Source: Octopus sinensis (taxonomy: Eukaryota). From it: a stretch of DNA of 64,000 nucleotides. Location: assembly GCF_006345805.1 (NCBI RefSeq), contig NC_043019.1, forward strand, positions 5,269,360 to 5,333,359, written 5' to 3'. Of the stretch, positions 63,651-64,000 are shown piece by piece. The position numbers were made by a program, and so were the translations under genes. The notes beneath the pieces are model-generated. The model was not told the DNA's origin. It did not search any database and worked only from the letters and a program-made list of their open reading frames with translations. How positions within the stretch are numbered: the first letter of the stretch is position 1; each line of letters starts with the position of its first letter.

Positions 63651-64000
63651 GTAAGTCCTCGTCTCATTCGATTGTATTTTCTAATCGCTAAACATCGATA
63701 TTTATTTCAACTTTAGATCAAGCATAAGATATGTATTTTGTATCTTGTAAGAGTCTAGTACATATATGAAGAGAAATTTTGTAAAAATATTGTATAATTT
63801 TGTGAATTTAATTGCAAAAGAAATGTGGTAAGCTGTGCTTTTTCCTTCATCGATTTTACAATTTCTCTTTTTTCTCACTTTTTAAAAAAATTTTAAGGTG
63901 GAATTTAGTAATTATTGGATTAATTTTAATTATTGCAAAAAAAAAACGTTATTTGTGTGTCTTTATATAATGTGTATATATGTATGTATAACATATATGT

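Overview
AT-rich, repeat-dense eukaryotic genomic DNA, not prokaryotic. The SINE, MITE and (TA)n landscape suggests a cephalopod, most likely Octopus (inference). Three intron-containing genes lie in tandem on the minus strand. (1) The first two coding exons of a probable DNMT1 (7505-7435, 3606-3558), running off the left edge. (2) A complete 5-exon PHAX (35957-23553, 468 aa). (3) A complete MED22/SURF5 (coding 59337-47013, 142 aa, plus a probable non-coding first exon near 63134-63230). At the right edge a plus-strand gene starts head-to-head with MED22; it has a TCT/5'TOP initiator and a first exon ending in ATG|GTAAGT, typical of ribosomal-protein genes and possibly RPL7A as in the vertebrate Surfeit locus. 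The rest is a mosaic of at least four SINE families, CR1, RTE and RLE-type LINE remnants, Penelope-like remnants with minimal hammerhead ribozymes, Helentron-like HINEs, several MITE families, a nested pogo-like element, foldbacks, tandem arrays and one 100-N gap. Most ORFs in the supplied track are spurious (microsatellites or SINEs). Gene and family names come from recalled sequences, not database searches. Exon and TIR/TSD coordinates were counted by hand; SINE, LINE and HINE boundaries are approximate.
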